A DNA stretch of 64,000 nucleotides from Alphaproteobacteria bacterium (GCA_964291285.2 OZ219786.1:896001-960000); one strand, 5' to 3'; shown: positions 21,553 to 31,945, counted from the first letter of the stretch. A program made the numbers and translations. The notes: generated from the sequence alone by a model not told the origin.

Positions 21553-21710
21553 AACGCGATCCTGAGCCTGCCGCCTTTCGGATCGCAAGCCCAATCGCCG
21601 AAATATTTTCTGGGCCTGTGCGGAAAAATTTTCCTATTCAGCGCGGGACTCGACCGGCGGTCCGGTCTATAGCGGCTGGCGGTCGAAGCACCAGCGCTCG
21701 ATACGTTAGC

Positions 21711-23722
21711 CCGACTTCCGCAACTCGGGGGTCATGAGGATGCTAACTCATTGAATAGCCTTGATCGTCTCCCCGAGGGTCGGCACTACAAGGCGGCGAA
21801 CGGAGAGGCGGCGCCGTGTGCCGTCAGGCGGAGATCCGGGGTGCGGGTTGCTGCGGCCAGGTCATGCCGAGCTGTTGCAGCAGTAGCTCGTGCTCCTTGT
21901 TCGGCCGGGTGTGGCGCGGCAGGACGAGGTGCCGGCCGTCGGTGGTTGGCAGATGGACGTCCACCATCTGGATGGTGGCGAAGGCCTCAAGGATGGCGCG
22001 TGGGGTGAGGCCCGGGGCGCGCGGCCGGGCGAGGTTCTTCAGGGTCACCAGCAGGCAGTAGGCGATGAACGAGACGAAGATATGCGCCTCGATGCGCTCT
22101 TGGCGCTGATGGAAGATGGGGCGGATCGCGAGGTCGTGCTTGAGTTCCTTGAACGCCTGCTCGATCTCGACGAGCTGCATGTACAGATGCCACAGCGTGG
22201 CGGGGTCTTCGGCGACCATGTTGGATCGCAGCAGGTAACGGCCCTCGCGGCGGCGGACCTGGCGCAGCCGGTCGCGCTGCAGGCGGAATGAGAAGCCGTT
22301 GGCGGCGAGTTCGCTGTCGGTCCCGGGCACGGTGATGTCGACCAGGCTCCAGGCCCGGCCGGCCTCCTTCCTGGCGGCGCCGAGCTTGAGCAACAACTGA
22401 TCCCGGCTGTTCGACTGCCCTTGCAACTCGGCCAATCGACGCCACAGCCTCTTCAGCCGGCGCCGGCGCATGCCGCGTTCCTTCACCTGCCGCCCCTCGC
22501 TGCGCACCAGGACGTAGAGCTCGCCATCCTCGACCAGAAGCTTGACAGTCACGGACTGGCGCACCTCCTGCCAGGGCAGGCCCAGGAACACCTTCTCGAG
22601 CCGCGTCAGCCGGCCCTTGGGCGTGCCCACCAGGTAGCGCACCGGCGCCTCGCCCTCGCGCATCGCGGCCAGCGTCTCCTCGGTGGGGATGCCGCGGTCC
22701 ATGATCCACACCCGCTCGGAGCGGCCATACTGATCCTCGATCTTCTTGAGGAACGCCGCCAGCGTGGTGTCGTCGGAGGTGTTGCCCGGCATCACCTCAT
22801 AGGCCAGCGGAAAGCCCTGCGGCGTAACGATCAGGGCGATCACCACCTGCACGCAGTCGGGCCGCTTGTCCCGGCTGTAGCCGAAGCGGCGCTTGTCATC
22901 GAACGGCGGATCGCTCTCGAAGTAGGTCGAGGTCAGGTCGTAGAGCAGCACGTCGAAGCGCGCCTCGAACAGCGTCGCCCAGCGGTCGCGCAGAAACGAG
23001 AAGAAGCCCTGCTTGTGCGCCAGCAGCTTGTCGAGACAGCGATAGAGTGTGTCGTCGGCGATCGCCCGCTCGCCACCCAGAAGATCGCGAAGCGCGCTGT
23101 GCTCATACCAGTGACGGTGAAGGCGCCACTCGCTGCCCGGGTCGATCAGCCGGTAGCAGACCTGGATCTTCAGGATGTCCAGCCACCGCGTGCCTTGCCG
23201 GCTCGCCGGCAGCCGCTCTTCCCAGAAGCGGTCCAGGTCCAGGCGGTCCCACAAGGACAGCGCCAGCCAGCACGCCCCCCACTGGCGCGGGTCGTGAAGC
23301 GCCACCTGCGAGAGGTCGATCTTCACCACTTCGCAAGTCAGCGCCGGCGCCTCCCGGTCCTCGGGAAACAGCGCCATCTGCCGTGATCGCGACTTGCCCT
23401 CCACCACCTCGATCGAGCGGCACCACGCCGCTCGCTGGCTGTCGTTGATCTCCCCGAGATAGAGCACCTGACGCTGAACAACCCGACCGCCGTGGACCCG
23501 GACGTTCTCCACAACGCTCCAGTAGCGGTGCTCCTTGCCGTCCTTGAAGCGTCTCTTGCAGCGCACGAACATCAGCGCAGCGTCCGGATCTTCGCCAGCC
23601 CGATCAAGGGGGTAGGTCGGCACTACAAGCCGGTCCCGAGAGGTACTGCACCGAAATCCGACACTTCTCGCGCCGGAAAACCGTCAAATCAGTCGATTCT
23701 CAAGCCGAGTTGCGGAAGTCGG
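21711..23722 (-). mobile_element. Complete IS1634-family insertion sequence (2012 bp)
   Basis: Perfect 18-bp TIR CCGACTTCCGCAACTCGG (21711-21728 / 23705-23722); 6-bp TSD GTTAGC (21705-21710 / 23723-23728); alternative parse is a 19-bp TIR with a 4-bp TTAG duplication. Confidence 0.93.
21824..23572 (-). CDS. IS1634-family DDE transposase
   Basis: KDGKEHRYWSVVEN, LYDLTSTYFE, GYSRDKRPDC, IMDRG, IEQAFKELK, RIEAHIFVSFIAY. Confidence 0.95.
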   Translation of the reverse strand: MFVRCKRRFKDGKEHRYWSVVENVRVHGGRVVQRQVLYLGEINDSQRAAWCRSIEVVEGKSRSRQMALFPEDREAPALTCEVVKIDLSQVALHDPRQWGACWLALSLWDRLDLDRFWEERLPASRQGTRWLDILKIQVCYRLIDPGSEWRLHRHWYEHSALRDLLGGERAIADDTLYRCLDKLLAHKQGFFSFLRDRWATLFEARFDVLLYDLTSTYFESDPPFDDKRRFGYSRDKRPDCVQVVIALIVTPQGFPLAYEVMPGNTSDDTTLAAFLKKIEDQYGRSERVWIMDRGIPTEETLAAMREGEAPVRYLVGTPKGRLTRLEKVFLGLPWQEVRQSVTVKLLVEDGELYVLVRSEGRQVKERGMRRRRLKRLWRRLAELQGQSNSRDQLLLKLGAARKEAGRAWSLVDITVPGTDSELAANGFSFRLQRDRLRQVRRREGRYLLRSNMVAEDPATLWHLYMQLVEIEQAFKELKHDLAIRPIFHQRQERIEAHIFVSFIAYCLLVTLKNLARPRAPGLTPRAILEAFATIQMVDVHLPTTDGRHLVLPRHTRPNKEHELLLQQLGMTWPQQPAPRISA

Positions 23723-23742
23723 GTTAGCATGAGGAGGAAACC

Positions 23743-24051
23743 GTGAGCAAATCGATCCTGAAACCGGCGGCCGTCTGCGCCGCCCTCGTCGCCGCTGCCG
23801 GCGCGGCGTTCGCCAGCGGCTATCCGCTCGGGCTGCTGCCCGGCTGGCCGGAGGAGCGGACGGCCTCGCAGGCCTGCTTCGAGTATTGCGTCGCGAAGGA
23901 GGGGTGCGCGCCCGGGTGGTATCCCGCGGCGGCGGGACCGCACTATCCGTTCCCTTCCAGCCGGCCCGACGGTTGCACGGCTTACTGCGTCGCGGTGTGC
24001 AGCCCGCTCGGAAGCAGCCTCCCCGACAGCGGGCTCAGGTTCCGATTCTAG
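23743..24051 (+). CDS. Small secreted six-cysteine protein, unknown function
   Basis: GAGGAGG RBS plus GTG, signal peptide ending AFA, two C-x2-YCVA-x(1-3)-C-x-P motifs. Confidence 0.7.
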   Translation: MSKSILKPAAVCAALVAAAGAAFASGYPLGLLPGWPEERTASQACFEYCVAKEGCAPGWYPAAAGPHYPFPSSRPDGCTAYCVAVCSPLGSSLPDSGLRFRF

Positions 24052-24086
24052 CGCACGATCCGTTCCGGTTGGATCGACTTCATTCG

Positions 24087-24135
24087 CCGTCGCCCCGGCC
24101 CCGCGAGGCCCCGGCTCGGGGGGCCGGGGCGACGG
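24087..24135. terminator. Long GC hairpin between convergent genes
   Basis: CCGTCGCCCCGGCCCC ... GGGGCCGGGGCGACGG 16-bp stem; no U-tract. Confidence 0.5.
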
Positions 24136-24181
24136 TCGGGACCTTGTGGACAGGAAAGCAGGATCGCGGCAACTCCATCAG

Positions 24182-24973
24182 CTACACCCGCGCGACGATG
24201 AACAGGCGGGGGAAGGGGTAGAGGGTCTCGCCGCTGTCCAGCCTGGGGTAGAGGGCGCGCAGGCGGGCGGCGTAGGCGGCGAGGAAGCGGTCCTTCTCCC
24301 CGCCTTCCAGCGCTTCCAGCACCGGGCGCAGGCCCGTGCCCTTGACCCATTCCAGCACCGGGTCCGCGCCCTCCAACACCTGGATGTAGCGCGTCTCCCA
24401 GATGTCCAGTTCCGAGACCAGCGGGCGGAACAGGCCGTAATACCAGTCGGCCTCGGCCACCCACTTGTACGCCAGCCGCGCCCGCAATTCGGGCGTGCCG
24501 AAGCCATGCTCGTCGAGGACGTCGCGCATTCCCCTGTGGCTCGGCTCCGACCAGCTCATCGGCATCTGCGCCGCGAACACGCCTCCCGGCGCCAGCGTGC
24601 CCAGCAGGCGCGGAAACAGCGCCTCATGGTCGTCCGCCCACTGGTAGACGGCGTTGGCGTAGAGCAGGTCCACCGGCCGGTCGGGGCGCCAGTCCCGGAG
24701 GTCGGCCCTCGACCAGGCGACGCGGGCGTCCGGGTCCCCGGCTGCCGCTTCCTCCAGCATCGCTTCGGAGAGGTCGTGCCCGCGCACATCCGCTTCCGGC
24801 CAGCGCGCCGCCATGGCGCGGGCGATATCGCCGGTCCCGCAGCCCATATCGACGGCGATGCGGACATTGTCGTGCTCGACCCGCTGGAACAGTTCGAGCG
24901 CCGGCCGCAGGCGGTGCCCGCCGAAGCGCAGATATTGCCCGGGGTTCCAGGCCCCGCCCCCTCTTGTGGTCAT
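24182..24973 (-). CDS. tam: Trans-aconitate 2-methyltransferase-like SAM methyltransferase
   Basis: WNPGQYLRF..HRLRPA, DMGCGTG, EWVKGTGLRP, YPFPRLFIVA. Confidence 0.88.
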   Translation of the reverse strand: MTTRGGGAWNPGQYLRFGGHRLRPALELFQRVEHDNVRIAVDMGCGTGDIARAMAARWPEADVRGHDLSEAMLEEAAAGDPDARVAWSRADLRDWRPDRPVDLLYANAVYQWADDHEALFPRLLGTLAPGGVFAAQMPMSWSEPSHRGMRDVLDEHGFGTPELRARLAYKWVAEADWYYGLFRPLVSELDIWETRYIQVLEGADPVLEWVKGTGLRPVLEALEGGEKDRFLAAYAARLRALYPRLDSGETLYPFPRLFIVARV

Positions 24974-26349
24974 CGACGCTCCCTGCACATTGCGAAATCC
25001 AGCCGGAAGACAGTTCCCTCGCCGCCGGAAGAAATCAACCGGATGGACCCGCCATGGGCGCGCATGATCTCGCGCGCGATCGCAAGGCCGAGGCCTGAGC
25101 CGTCCGGCCGGGTCGAACCCTGGAACGGCCGGAACAGGTTCTCGCGCGCCCGCTCCGGCAGACCGGGGCCGTCATCCGCAACCGTCACATGCACCCGCCC
25201 GTCGCGCAGCCTCGCCGTCGCCGAAACCGTCCCGGCGCCGGCCTCCGCCGCATTGCGGGCGAGATTGGCGAAGACGCGGAACAGCTGCTCCCGGTCGCCT
25301 TCGACCGCCGTCCCGGACTCGATGTCGTTGGTCCACGACACGCCCTTGCCTGCAACGCTCGCCGCGTCGTCGATGAGCTCCGCCAGCGGAACCGCCTCCA
25401 GGGTGAGCCGGGGACCGCCGGCGCGCGCGAAATCCACCACCCGGGTGCAGAGCCCGACCGCCCGGTCGAGCGCCCCCACCAGGGTCGGGACGGCCTTTCG
25501 CACGCGCGGGTCGCGGCTCTCGCCGAGGCTGTCGGAGACAAGCTGGGCCGAGGCCAGCATGTTGCGCAGGTCATGGTTGATCTTCGCCACGCCCTCGCCC
25601 ACCGCCGCCAGATGCGCGCGGTGGCTGAGCGCCGCGTGGAGGCGGCGCTGCATCCCGGCGAGCTGGCGTTCGGCCGTACCGATCTCGTCGCTGCGCTCCG
25701 AGGGGCCATGAATGCGGCTCTGGTCTTCCGGGTCGGCGCCGAAGCGCACCATCGCCTCCGTCAGCCGGCTCATCGGGCGGACCATGAGCCAGTGCAGCGC
25801 GAGGAAGACCGCCGCCGCCGTCAGCGCCGAGATCACCAGCGAGAGCAGCAGGATGCGCTCGGAATAGGCGATCATCTCCTCGCGCATCGGCCACTCGTCC
25901 ATCGTGATCTCGACCCGCGCGCCCGGCTCGCGGGAGGAGGCGCCGCTGACCTGCAGCACCCGGTTCCCCGTCTGGGCGAGCGTGTACGCGGCGTCCCAGA
26001 CCGAAGCGACTGCCATGGTCTCGTCCAGATCGAAGGCGGCGTCCACATCGGGCGGCATGCTGCCGCCGAGCATGTAGGTCGTGTGGTCGCCCACCCTGAG
26101 CTCGACGCTGTAGGCCGACACCTGGCGCAACAGGCGCATTTCCAGCGCTTCATCGACGGCCCTGGTCGGCGCCGCCTCCAGGGCAAGCGCGGCGATATGG
26201 GCATCCGCCAGCCGGTCCGCCAGATAGACGACCCTGAAGCGCGCGATGGACGGCGCGTAGATCAGCAGTTCCGCCAGCATGACGAAAAACACGGTGAGCA
26301 CGAGCAGGCGCGCCGAAAGCGAGCGAAACGAGCGCGGCAGCCGCATCAT
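24970..26349 (-). CDS. Membrane HAMP-domain sensor histidine kinase
   Basis: Two TMs, KINHDLRN H-box, NLARNA, DDGPG, GSGLGL. Confidence 0.93.
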   Translation of the reverse strand: MMRLPRSFRSLSARLLVLTVFFVMLAELLIYAPSIARFRVVYLADRLADAHIAALALEAAPTRAVDEALEMRLLRQVSAYSVELRVGDHTTYMLGGSMPPDVDAAFDLDETMAVASVWDAAYTLAQTGNRVLQVSGASSREPGARVEITMDEWPMREEMIAYSERILLLSLVISALTAAAVFLALHWLMVRPMSRLTEAMVRFGADPEDQSRIHGPSERSDEIGTAERQLAGMQRRLHAALSHRAHLAAVGEGVAKINHDLRNMLASAQLVSDSLGESRDPRVRKAVPTLVGALDRAVGLCTRVVDFARAGGPRLTLEAVPLAELIDDAASVAGKGVSWTNDIESGTAVEGDREQLFRVFANLARNAAEAGAGTVSATARLRDGRVHVTVADDGPGLPERARENLFRPFQGSTRPDGSGLGLAIAREIMRAHGGSIRLISSGGEGTVFRLDFAMCRERR

Positions 26350-27077
26350 GCGGCCGGCGGGGCGCGCCGGAAACGCCTGTAGGCAACCGGCACCAGCGCC
26401 AGCACGGAAAGACCCAGGATCGGCAGCAGGATTTCCGGCTCCAGGATAAGGCCGAGGTCCGGCTCGCCGCCGCTGTCGAAGACCGCGCCCAGCCCGTTGC
26501 CGACGCTCGTATAGACGAAGGTACCGGGAATGATGCCGATGAAGGTGGCGCTGACATAGGTCGCAAGCCGCACATTGGCGAAGGCCGGCGCGATGTTCAC
26601 GAGGAAGAACGGGAAAAGCGGCACCAGCCTGAGCACCAGCAGGTAGTTGAAGGCATTCTGCCGGAAGCCGCTGTCCATGCGTTCGAGCGCGGTCCCGACC
26701 CTGGTGCGCAGCCGGTCGCCGAGCACGGTCTGCGCCGCGACGAACAGGGCCGTCGCGCCGAGCGTGGCGCCGACGACCGTCGCCGCGGTGCCGAACCAGA
26801 GCCCGAAGAAGAACCCGCCGGAAATGGTCGCGACCGCGCCCACCGGCAGCGAGAAGGCAATGACGACGGTATAGCCCGCCAGATAGGCGAGCAGCGCGAG
26901 CACAAGGTTTGCCTCGACCCAGGAGGCCAGCATCTCCCGGTTGTCGCGGAGCGCCTCGAAGCTCAGTTGCTCGTGGAGCCCGGCGGCGAAGAATGCGGCG
27001 AGGCCGGCGGCCAGCACCGCCAGGATCGAAAGCCGTTTCGCCGCGCCGCCGAGCGAGCGCCGTCCGTTGGCGGCCAT
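26346..27077 (-). CDS. TVP38/TMEM64 (VTT, DedA superfamily) membrane protein
   Basis: GGFFFG, GATLGA, LRLVPLFPFFLVN, GIIPGT; start uncertain. Confidence 0.9.
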   Translation of the reverse strand: MAANGRRSLGGAAKRLSILAVLAAGLAAFFAAGLHEQLSFEALRDNREMLASWVEANLVLALLAYLAGYTVVIAFSLPVGAVATISGGFFFGLWFGTAATVVGATLGATALFVAAQTVLGDRLRTRVGTALERMDSGFRQNAFNYLLVLRLVPLFPFFLVNIAPAFANVRLATYVSATFIGIIPGTFVYTSVGNGLGAVFDSGGEPDLGLILEPEILLPILGLSVLALVPVAYRRFRRAPPAA

Positions 27078-27204
27078 CCACACATCTCCGCGTCGTCCGA
27101 GTCCCGCCATCATAGCGTTGACAGCCGAACGGGGTATCTCCATTATCCGGCCATCCGGATGCGGCCGGCGGCCGTAATATCCTCCGCGATGGAGTTCATT
27201 TTCC

Positions 27205-27339
27205 GTGAAACGCACTTTCCAGCCGAGCCGCCTCGTGCGCAAGCGGCGCCACGGCTTTCGCGCCCGCAAGGGGACCGTGGGCGGCCGCCGCGTGCTGAAA
27301 CGGCGGCGCGCCAAGGGGCGCAAGGTCCTCTCGGCCTGA
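27205..27339 (+). CDS. rpmH: 50S ribosomal protein L34 (absent from the ORF track)
   Basis: [44 protein letters not shown]. Confidence 0.98.
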   Translation: MKRTFQPSRLVRKRRHGFRARKGTVGGRRVLKRRRAKGRKVLSA

Positions 27340-27359
27340 GCCCGGCTCCGCCGACCCGC

Positions 27360-27692
27360 ATGGACACCCCCCGGACGCTCAGGAAACGCGCCGACTTCCT
27401 CCGCGTCCGTGCGGCCGGCCGCCGCTGGGCCGCGGCCGGGCTCGTGCTGCAGATGCGCGAGCGTGGCGACGACGGCCCGATGCAGGTGGGCTACACCGTG
27501 TCCAAGAAGGTCGGGAACGCTGTCGAGCGCAACCGGGTGCGCCGGCGCCTGCGCGCCGCCGTTCGCGAGTCACTGGCGCCCCGCCCCGGCAGGGACTATG
27601 TCGTGATCGGCCGCCGCGCCGCGCTGACCCGGGGCTGGGAGGCGCTGACCGGCGACCTCAGGGCCGCCGCCGACCGGGTCGAACGACAATGA
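27360..27692 (+). CDS. rnpA: Ribonuclease P protein component
   Basis: [30 protein letters not shown]. Confidence 0.96.
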   Translation: MDTPRTLRKRADFLRVRAAGRRWAAAGLVLQMRERGDDGPMQVGYTVSKKVGNAVERNRVRRRLRAAVRESLAPRPGRDYVVIGRRAALTRGWEALTGDLRAAADRVERQ

Positions 27693-27922
27693 AGCTGCTG
27701 CTCAAGGCGCCCATCTACGCCTATCGCTGGCTGATCTCGCCCTGGCTGCCGGCGAATTGCCGCTACATGCCGACATGCTCCACCTTTGCGCTGCAGGCCA
27801 TCGATTCGCATGGCGTGCTGCGCGGCGGCTGGCTTGCGGCGAAACGCCTCGCCCGCTGCCATCCCTGGGGCGGTTCGGGTTATGACCCGGTGCCGCCGGA
27901 AGACGGCGCTGACCGCCGCTGA
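27689..27922 (+). CDS. yidD: Membrane protein insertion efficiency factor
   Basis: ISP...CRYMPTCS...[14 protein letters not shown]. Confidence 0.96.
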   Translation: MKLLLKAPIYAYRWLISPWLPANCRYMPTCSTFALQAIDSHGVLRGGWLAAKRLARCHPWGGSGYDPVPPEDGADRR

Positions 27923-27939
27923 ACGGACGCTTCCGCCCC

Positions 27940-29688
27940 GTGCTCGACAACCGCAACCTCCTCCTAGCGATCGTCATCTCGATCGGCATCCTGCTGGTGT
28001 TCCAGATGATGATGCCGCCGCCGGAGCCGCCGCCCCCGGCGGAGGAGGCCGGCGCGCCCGGTGCGCCGCCCGCGCCCGGCGCGGAGACGGGCGCCATCCC
28101 CACGCCCGGAGGACTGCCCGCCCCGTCCGGCGTCGTTCCGGGAACGCAGCCGGCCGCCCGGCAGCCCGCGGCTGAGGGGCAGGCGCCCCGCATCCCGATA
28201 GAAGACGGTCGCGTCTCCGGCTCGATCCCGCTCGCCGGGGCGCGCATAGACAGCATCACGCTCAAGGATTACCGGCAGACGCCCGACACCGACAGTTCGC
28301 TCATCACCCTCTTGTCTCCGCCCGGCACGCGCGGGGCCTTTTACGCCGAGCTCGGCTGGGTCGCGGCCGACGGGACGACGCCGGTGCCGACCGGCACCAC
28401 ACTATGGGCCACCAACGACCGCCAGCTGAGCCGCGAACGGCCGCTCAAGCTGTCCTGGGACAATGGCGCGGGCCTGCGCTTCTCCCGGACCGTCGAGCTT
28501 GCGGACGACTACCTGCTGACGGTCGAGCAGTCCGTCGCCAACGACACGGCCTTTCCGGTCACGCTCTATCCCTACGGCCTCGTGTCGCGCTCCGGCACGC
28601 CGGAGACCTCGGGTTTCTTCATCCTGCATGAAGGCCCGCTCGGCGTTCTCGACGAAGTCCTGGAGGAGCACGACTACGACGATCTCGTCGACGACGGCGA
28701 GATCAAGGTCGAGAATACGCAGGGCTGGCTCGGCATCACCGACAAATACTGGCTGACGGCCCTCATCCCGGAACCGGGCGAAGCCTTCACGGCGCGCTTC
28801 CTGCACAGGCTCGAGCAGGGCATCGACAAATACCAGACCGATTATCTGCGCACCGCCGTCATCGTGCCGCCAGGCGGGCGCGCCGCAGTGCGCAACCACG
28901 TTTTCACGGGCGCCAAGAAGGCCCACCTGCTGGACCGCTACCGCGACGACCTCGACTTCGCCAAGTTCGACCTCGCCATCGACTTCGGCTGGTTCTACTT
29001 CCTCACTAAGCCGTTCTTCTACGCGCTCTCCTGGCTGCAGGGCGTGCTCGGTAATTTCGGCCTGGCGATCCTGGCGCTCACGGTGGGGGTCAAGCTGGTC
29101 TTCTTCCCGCTGGCGAACAAGTCATACCGCTCGATGAGCCAGATGAAGGCGCTGCAGCCGGAAATGCTGAAGCTGCGTGAGCGCCTCGGCGACGACCGGC
29201 AGAAGCTCAACCAGGAAATGATGGCCCTCTACAAGCGCGAGAAGGTCAACCCGGCCGCCGGCTGCCTCCCGATCCTCATCCAGATTCCGGTCTTCTTCGC
29301 GCTCTACAAGGTGCTGTTCGTGGCCATCGAAATGCGCCACGCGCCGTTCTATGGCTGGATCGAGGACCTGTCGGCGGTCGATCCGACGAACCTGTTCACG
29401 CTCTTCGGCCTGGTGGACTGGGGCCCGCCCTCCTTCCTGCATATCGGCGTCTGGCCGATCCTGATGGGCCTTTCCATGTGGGCGCAGATGCGGCTCAACC
29501 CGACGCCCGCCGACCCCATTCAGGCCAAGATCTTCCAGTTCATGCCGCTGGTCTTCACCTTCCTGCTGGCGACCTTCCCGGCCGGACTGGTGATCTACTG
29601 GACCTGGAACAACCTCCTCTCCATGGCGCAGCAATGGGTCATCATGCGCCGTCACGGCGTGACCCGCACGGCGGCTGGAAAAACCTGA
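27940..29688 (+). CDS. yidC: Membrane protein insertase YidC
   Basis: [42 protein letters not shown]. Confidence 0.97.
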   Translation: MLDNRNLLLAIVISIGILLVFQMMMPPPEPPPPAEEAGAPGAPPAPGAETGAIPTPGGLPAPSGVVPGTQPAARQPAAEGQAPRIPIEDGRVSGSIPLAGARIDSITLKDYRQTPDTDSSLITLLSPPGTRGAFYAELGWVAADGTTPVPTGTTLWATNDRQLSRERPLKLSWDNGAGLRFSRTVELADDYLLTVEQSVANDTAFPVTLYPYGLVSRSGTPETSGFFILHEGPLGVLDEVLEEHDYDDLVDDGEIKVENTQGWLGITDKYWLTALIPEPGEAFTARFLHRLEQGIDKYQTDYLRTAVIVPPGGRAAVRNHVFTGAKKAHLLDRYRDDLDFAKFDLAIDFGWFYFLTKPFFYALSWLQGVLGNFGLAILALTVGVKLVFFPLANKSYRSMSQMKALQPEMLKLRERLGDDRQKLNQEMMALYKREKVNPAAGCLPILIQIPVFFALYKVLFVAIEMRHAPFYGWIEDLSAVDPTNLFTLFGLVDWGPPSFLHIGVWPILMGLSMWAQMRLNPTPADPIQAKIFQFMPLVFTFLLATFPAGLVIYWTWNNLLSMAQQWVIMRRHGVTRTAAGKT

Positions 29689-29700
29689 GGTCCACGGCCC

Positions 29701-30357
29701 GTGTGCCAGCCCGGCTCGTTGGAAGACACCCTGGAACTGGAGCGCGGCCGGCGGCTCTTCGCCGGGGAGTGCCGCTTCACGGCCGCCGCGGCCGAAGCCG
29801 GCCAGCTTCCCCCGGCCGGACTGCCGGAAGTCGCGTTCGCAGGACGCTCCAATGTCGGCAAGTCGAGCCTCGTGAACGCGCTTACCGGCCGCAGAAGCCT
29901 GGCGCGCACCTCCAACACGCCGGGCCGCACCCAGGCGCTGATCTTCTTCGACCTTGCCGGCCGGCTCGCCCTCGTCGATCTGCCCGGCTACGGCTATGCG
30001 AAGGTGTCGAAAACGAAGGCGGCGGCCTGGACGGCGTTCACCCGCGACTATCTCGCCGGGCGGGCGACGCTTCGCCGGCTCTGCCTGCTGGTCGATGCCC
30101 GGCACGGACTGAAGGCGAGCGACGCCGAGCTGATGGAGATGCTCGACCGCGCAGCGGTTGTCTATCAGGTGGTGCTGACCAAGATAGACAAGCTCGGCCC
30201 CCCGGCGCAGGAGCGCGCCGTGGCCGAGGTCGAGGCCGGGATTGCCCGCCGGGCCGCCGCGCATCCTGCCGTCATCGCCACCAGCGCCCGCGCCGGCGAC
30301 GGCGTCCCCCGGCTCCGCGCCGAACTCGCCGCCCTTGCAGAGGAGCCTGGCCCATGA
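29701..30357 (+). CDS. engB: Ribosome biogenesis GTPase EngB/YihA
   Basis: [19 protein letters not shown]. Confidence 0.96.
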   Translation: MCQPGSLEDTLELERGRRLFAGECRFTAAAAEAGQLPPAGLPEVAFAGRSNVGKSSLVNALTGRRSLARTSNTPGRTQALIFFDLAGRLALVDLPGYGYAKVSKTKAAAWTAFTRDYLAGRATLRRLCLLVDARHGLKASDAELMEMLDRAAVVYQVVLTKIDKLGPPAQERAVAEVEAGIARRAAAHPAVIATSARAGDGVPRLRAELAALAEEPGP

Positions 30358-31274
30358 CGGAGACTGCCGCCGGTCCGCTTGCCGGCATGCTCGCCGACGG
30401 CATCGCGAAAGCGGCCGTGCTTTCGGAGGCGGTGCCGCATATTGCGCGCTACGCCGGCGCCACCGTCGTCGTCAAATATGGCGGCCATGCGATGGGCGAC
30501 GCCGACGCGCTCGCCGGCTTTGCGCGCGACGTCGTGCTGATGAAGCAGATCGGCATCCACCCCGTGGTGGTGCATGGCGGCGGCCCGCAGATCGGGGGCA
30601 TGCTGGAACGCCTCGGCATCGGCAGCGACTTCGTGGACGGGCTCCGGGTGACGACCGCGGAGACGGTCGAGATCGTCGAGATGGTGCTGGCGGGCCGCAT
30701 CAACAAGGCTGTGGCCGCCGCCATCGGCAAGGCCGGCGGACGCGCCGTCGGCCTCTCCGGCAAGGATGCGGAACTGATAACCGCAAAACGCCTGAAGCGC
30801 ATGCGCCGCGACCCGGAGTCGAACATCGAGAAGGCGCTCGACCTCGGCTTCGTCGGCGAGCCCTCCGGCGTCGATACCGGCGTGATCGACGCGCTGGCGC
30901 AGGCGGGCTTCATTCCGGTGGTCGCGCCCATCGGCCTCGGCGAGGACGGCGAGACCTACAACATCAACGCGGACACCGCCGCCGGGGCCATCGCCGCCGC
31001 CTGCAAGGCGCGCCGCTTCCTGCTGCTGACCGACGTGGCGGGCGTGCTTGACGAGGAAGGCCGGCTCATTCCCGAAATGGACCGCGGCCGCGCCCGGCGG
31101 ATGATCGCCGACGGCGCGATCAGGGGCGGCATGATCCCGAAGGTGGAGACCTGCCTCGACGCCGTCGAGGGCGGGGTCGAGGCGGCGGTGATCCTGGACG
31201 GGCGAATGGACCATGCCGTGCTGCTGGAAATCCTGACGCATTCGGGCGCGGGCACGCTGATCCGGCGGCAATGA
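30354..31274 (+). CDS. argB: Acetylglutamate kinase
   Basis: [34 protein letters not shown]. Confidence 0.97.
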   Translation: MTETAAGPLAGMLADGIAKAAVLSEAVPHIARYAGATVVVKYGGHAMGDADALAGFARDVVLMKQIGIHPVVVHGGGPQIGGMLERLGIGSDFVDGLRVTTAETVEIVEMVLAGRINKAVAAAIGKAGGRAVGLSGKDAELITAKRLKRMRRDPESNIEKALDLGFVGEPSGVDTGVIDALAQAGFIPVVAPIGLGEDGETYNINADTAAGAIAAACKARRFLLLTDVAGVLDEEGRLIPEMDRGRARRMIADGAIRGGMIPKVETCLDAVEGGVEAAVILDGRMDHAVLLEILTHSGAGTLIRRQ

Positions 31275-31945
31275 ACGACCCGCTTCCCGATCCCGGCCGC
31301 GTGGACTGCTGGATTTTCGACCTCGACAACACGCTCTACAGCCCGTCGGAATGCGATATCCCGGAACAGATGGAAGCGGCGATCTCCGCCTTCATCCAAC
31401 GCCATCTCGGCGTTTCGACGGACGAAGCCGACCGGCTTCGCAGCGTATGGCACGGCCGCTACGGGATGACCCTTGGCGGCGTGATCGCGGAATGCCGTGC
31501 GGACCCCCATGACTACCTCGAGGAAACCCACCGCCTCGATCTTTCCTCGCTTCGACCTTCCCCGCGCCTGCAACGGCTGATTGCCGGACTGCCGGGCCGG
31601 CGCCTCGTCCACACCAATGCAACCGTCGCCCATGCCGAGCGTGTGCTGGACCGGCTCGGGCTCAGCGCGCATTTCGAGGCCGTGTTCGATGTCGAAGCTG
31701 CCGGGCTCCTGCCCAAGCCGGACCCGGAAGGCTACCGGCGCCTGCTCGCCCGCCACGCGGTCGATCCGCGCCGCGCCGTGATGGTGGAGGATATGGCCCG
31801 CAACCTCATCCCCGCCGCCGCTTCCGGCATGACGACCGTCTGGCTGTGCACCGAACGCCCCCAGGGCGCCCGCGGCCTCGATCCCGCCACCGTCCACCAT
31901 ATCGTCGAAAGTCTGGAGGACTGGCTGGACGCAGTGACGGGCTGA
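31271..31945 (+). CDS. Pyrimidine 5'-nucleotidase (HAD family)
   Basis: [22 protein letters not shown]; follows argB. Confidence 0.9.
   Translation: MNDPLPDPGRVDCWIFDLDNTLYSPSECDIPEQMEAAISAFIQRHLGVSTDEADRLRSVWHGRYGMTLGGVIAECRADPHDYLEETHRLDLSSLRPSPRLQRLIAGLPGRRLVHTNATVAHAERVLDRLGLSAHFEAVFDVEAAGLLPKPDPEGYRRLLARHAVDPRRAVMVEDMARNLIPAAASGMTTVWLCTERPQGARGLDPATVHHIVESLEDWLDAVTG

Noticed and set aside
27100-27339. Replication origin near rpmH
   Set aside because: No dnaA gene or DnaA-box cluster seen; the upstream gene is a VTT-domain protein.
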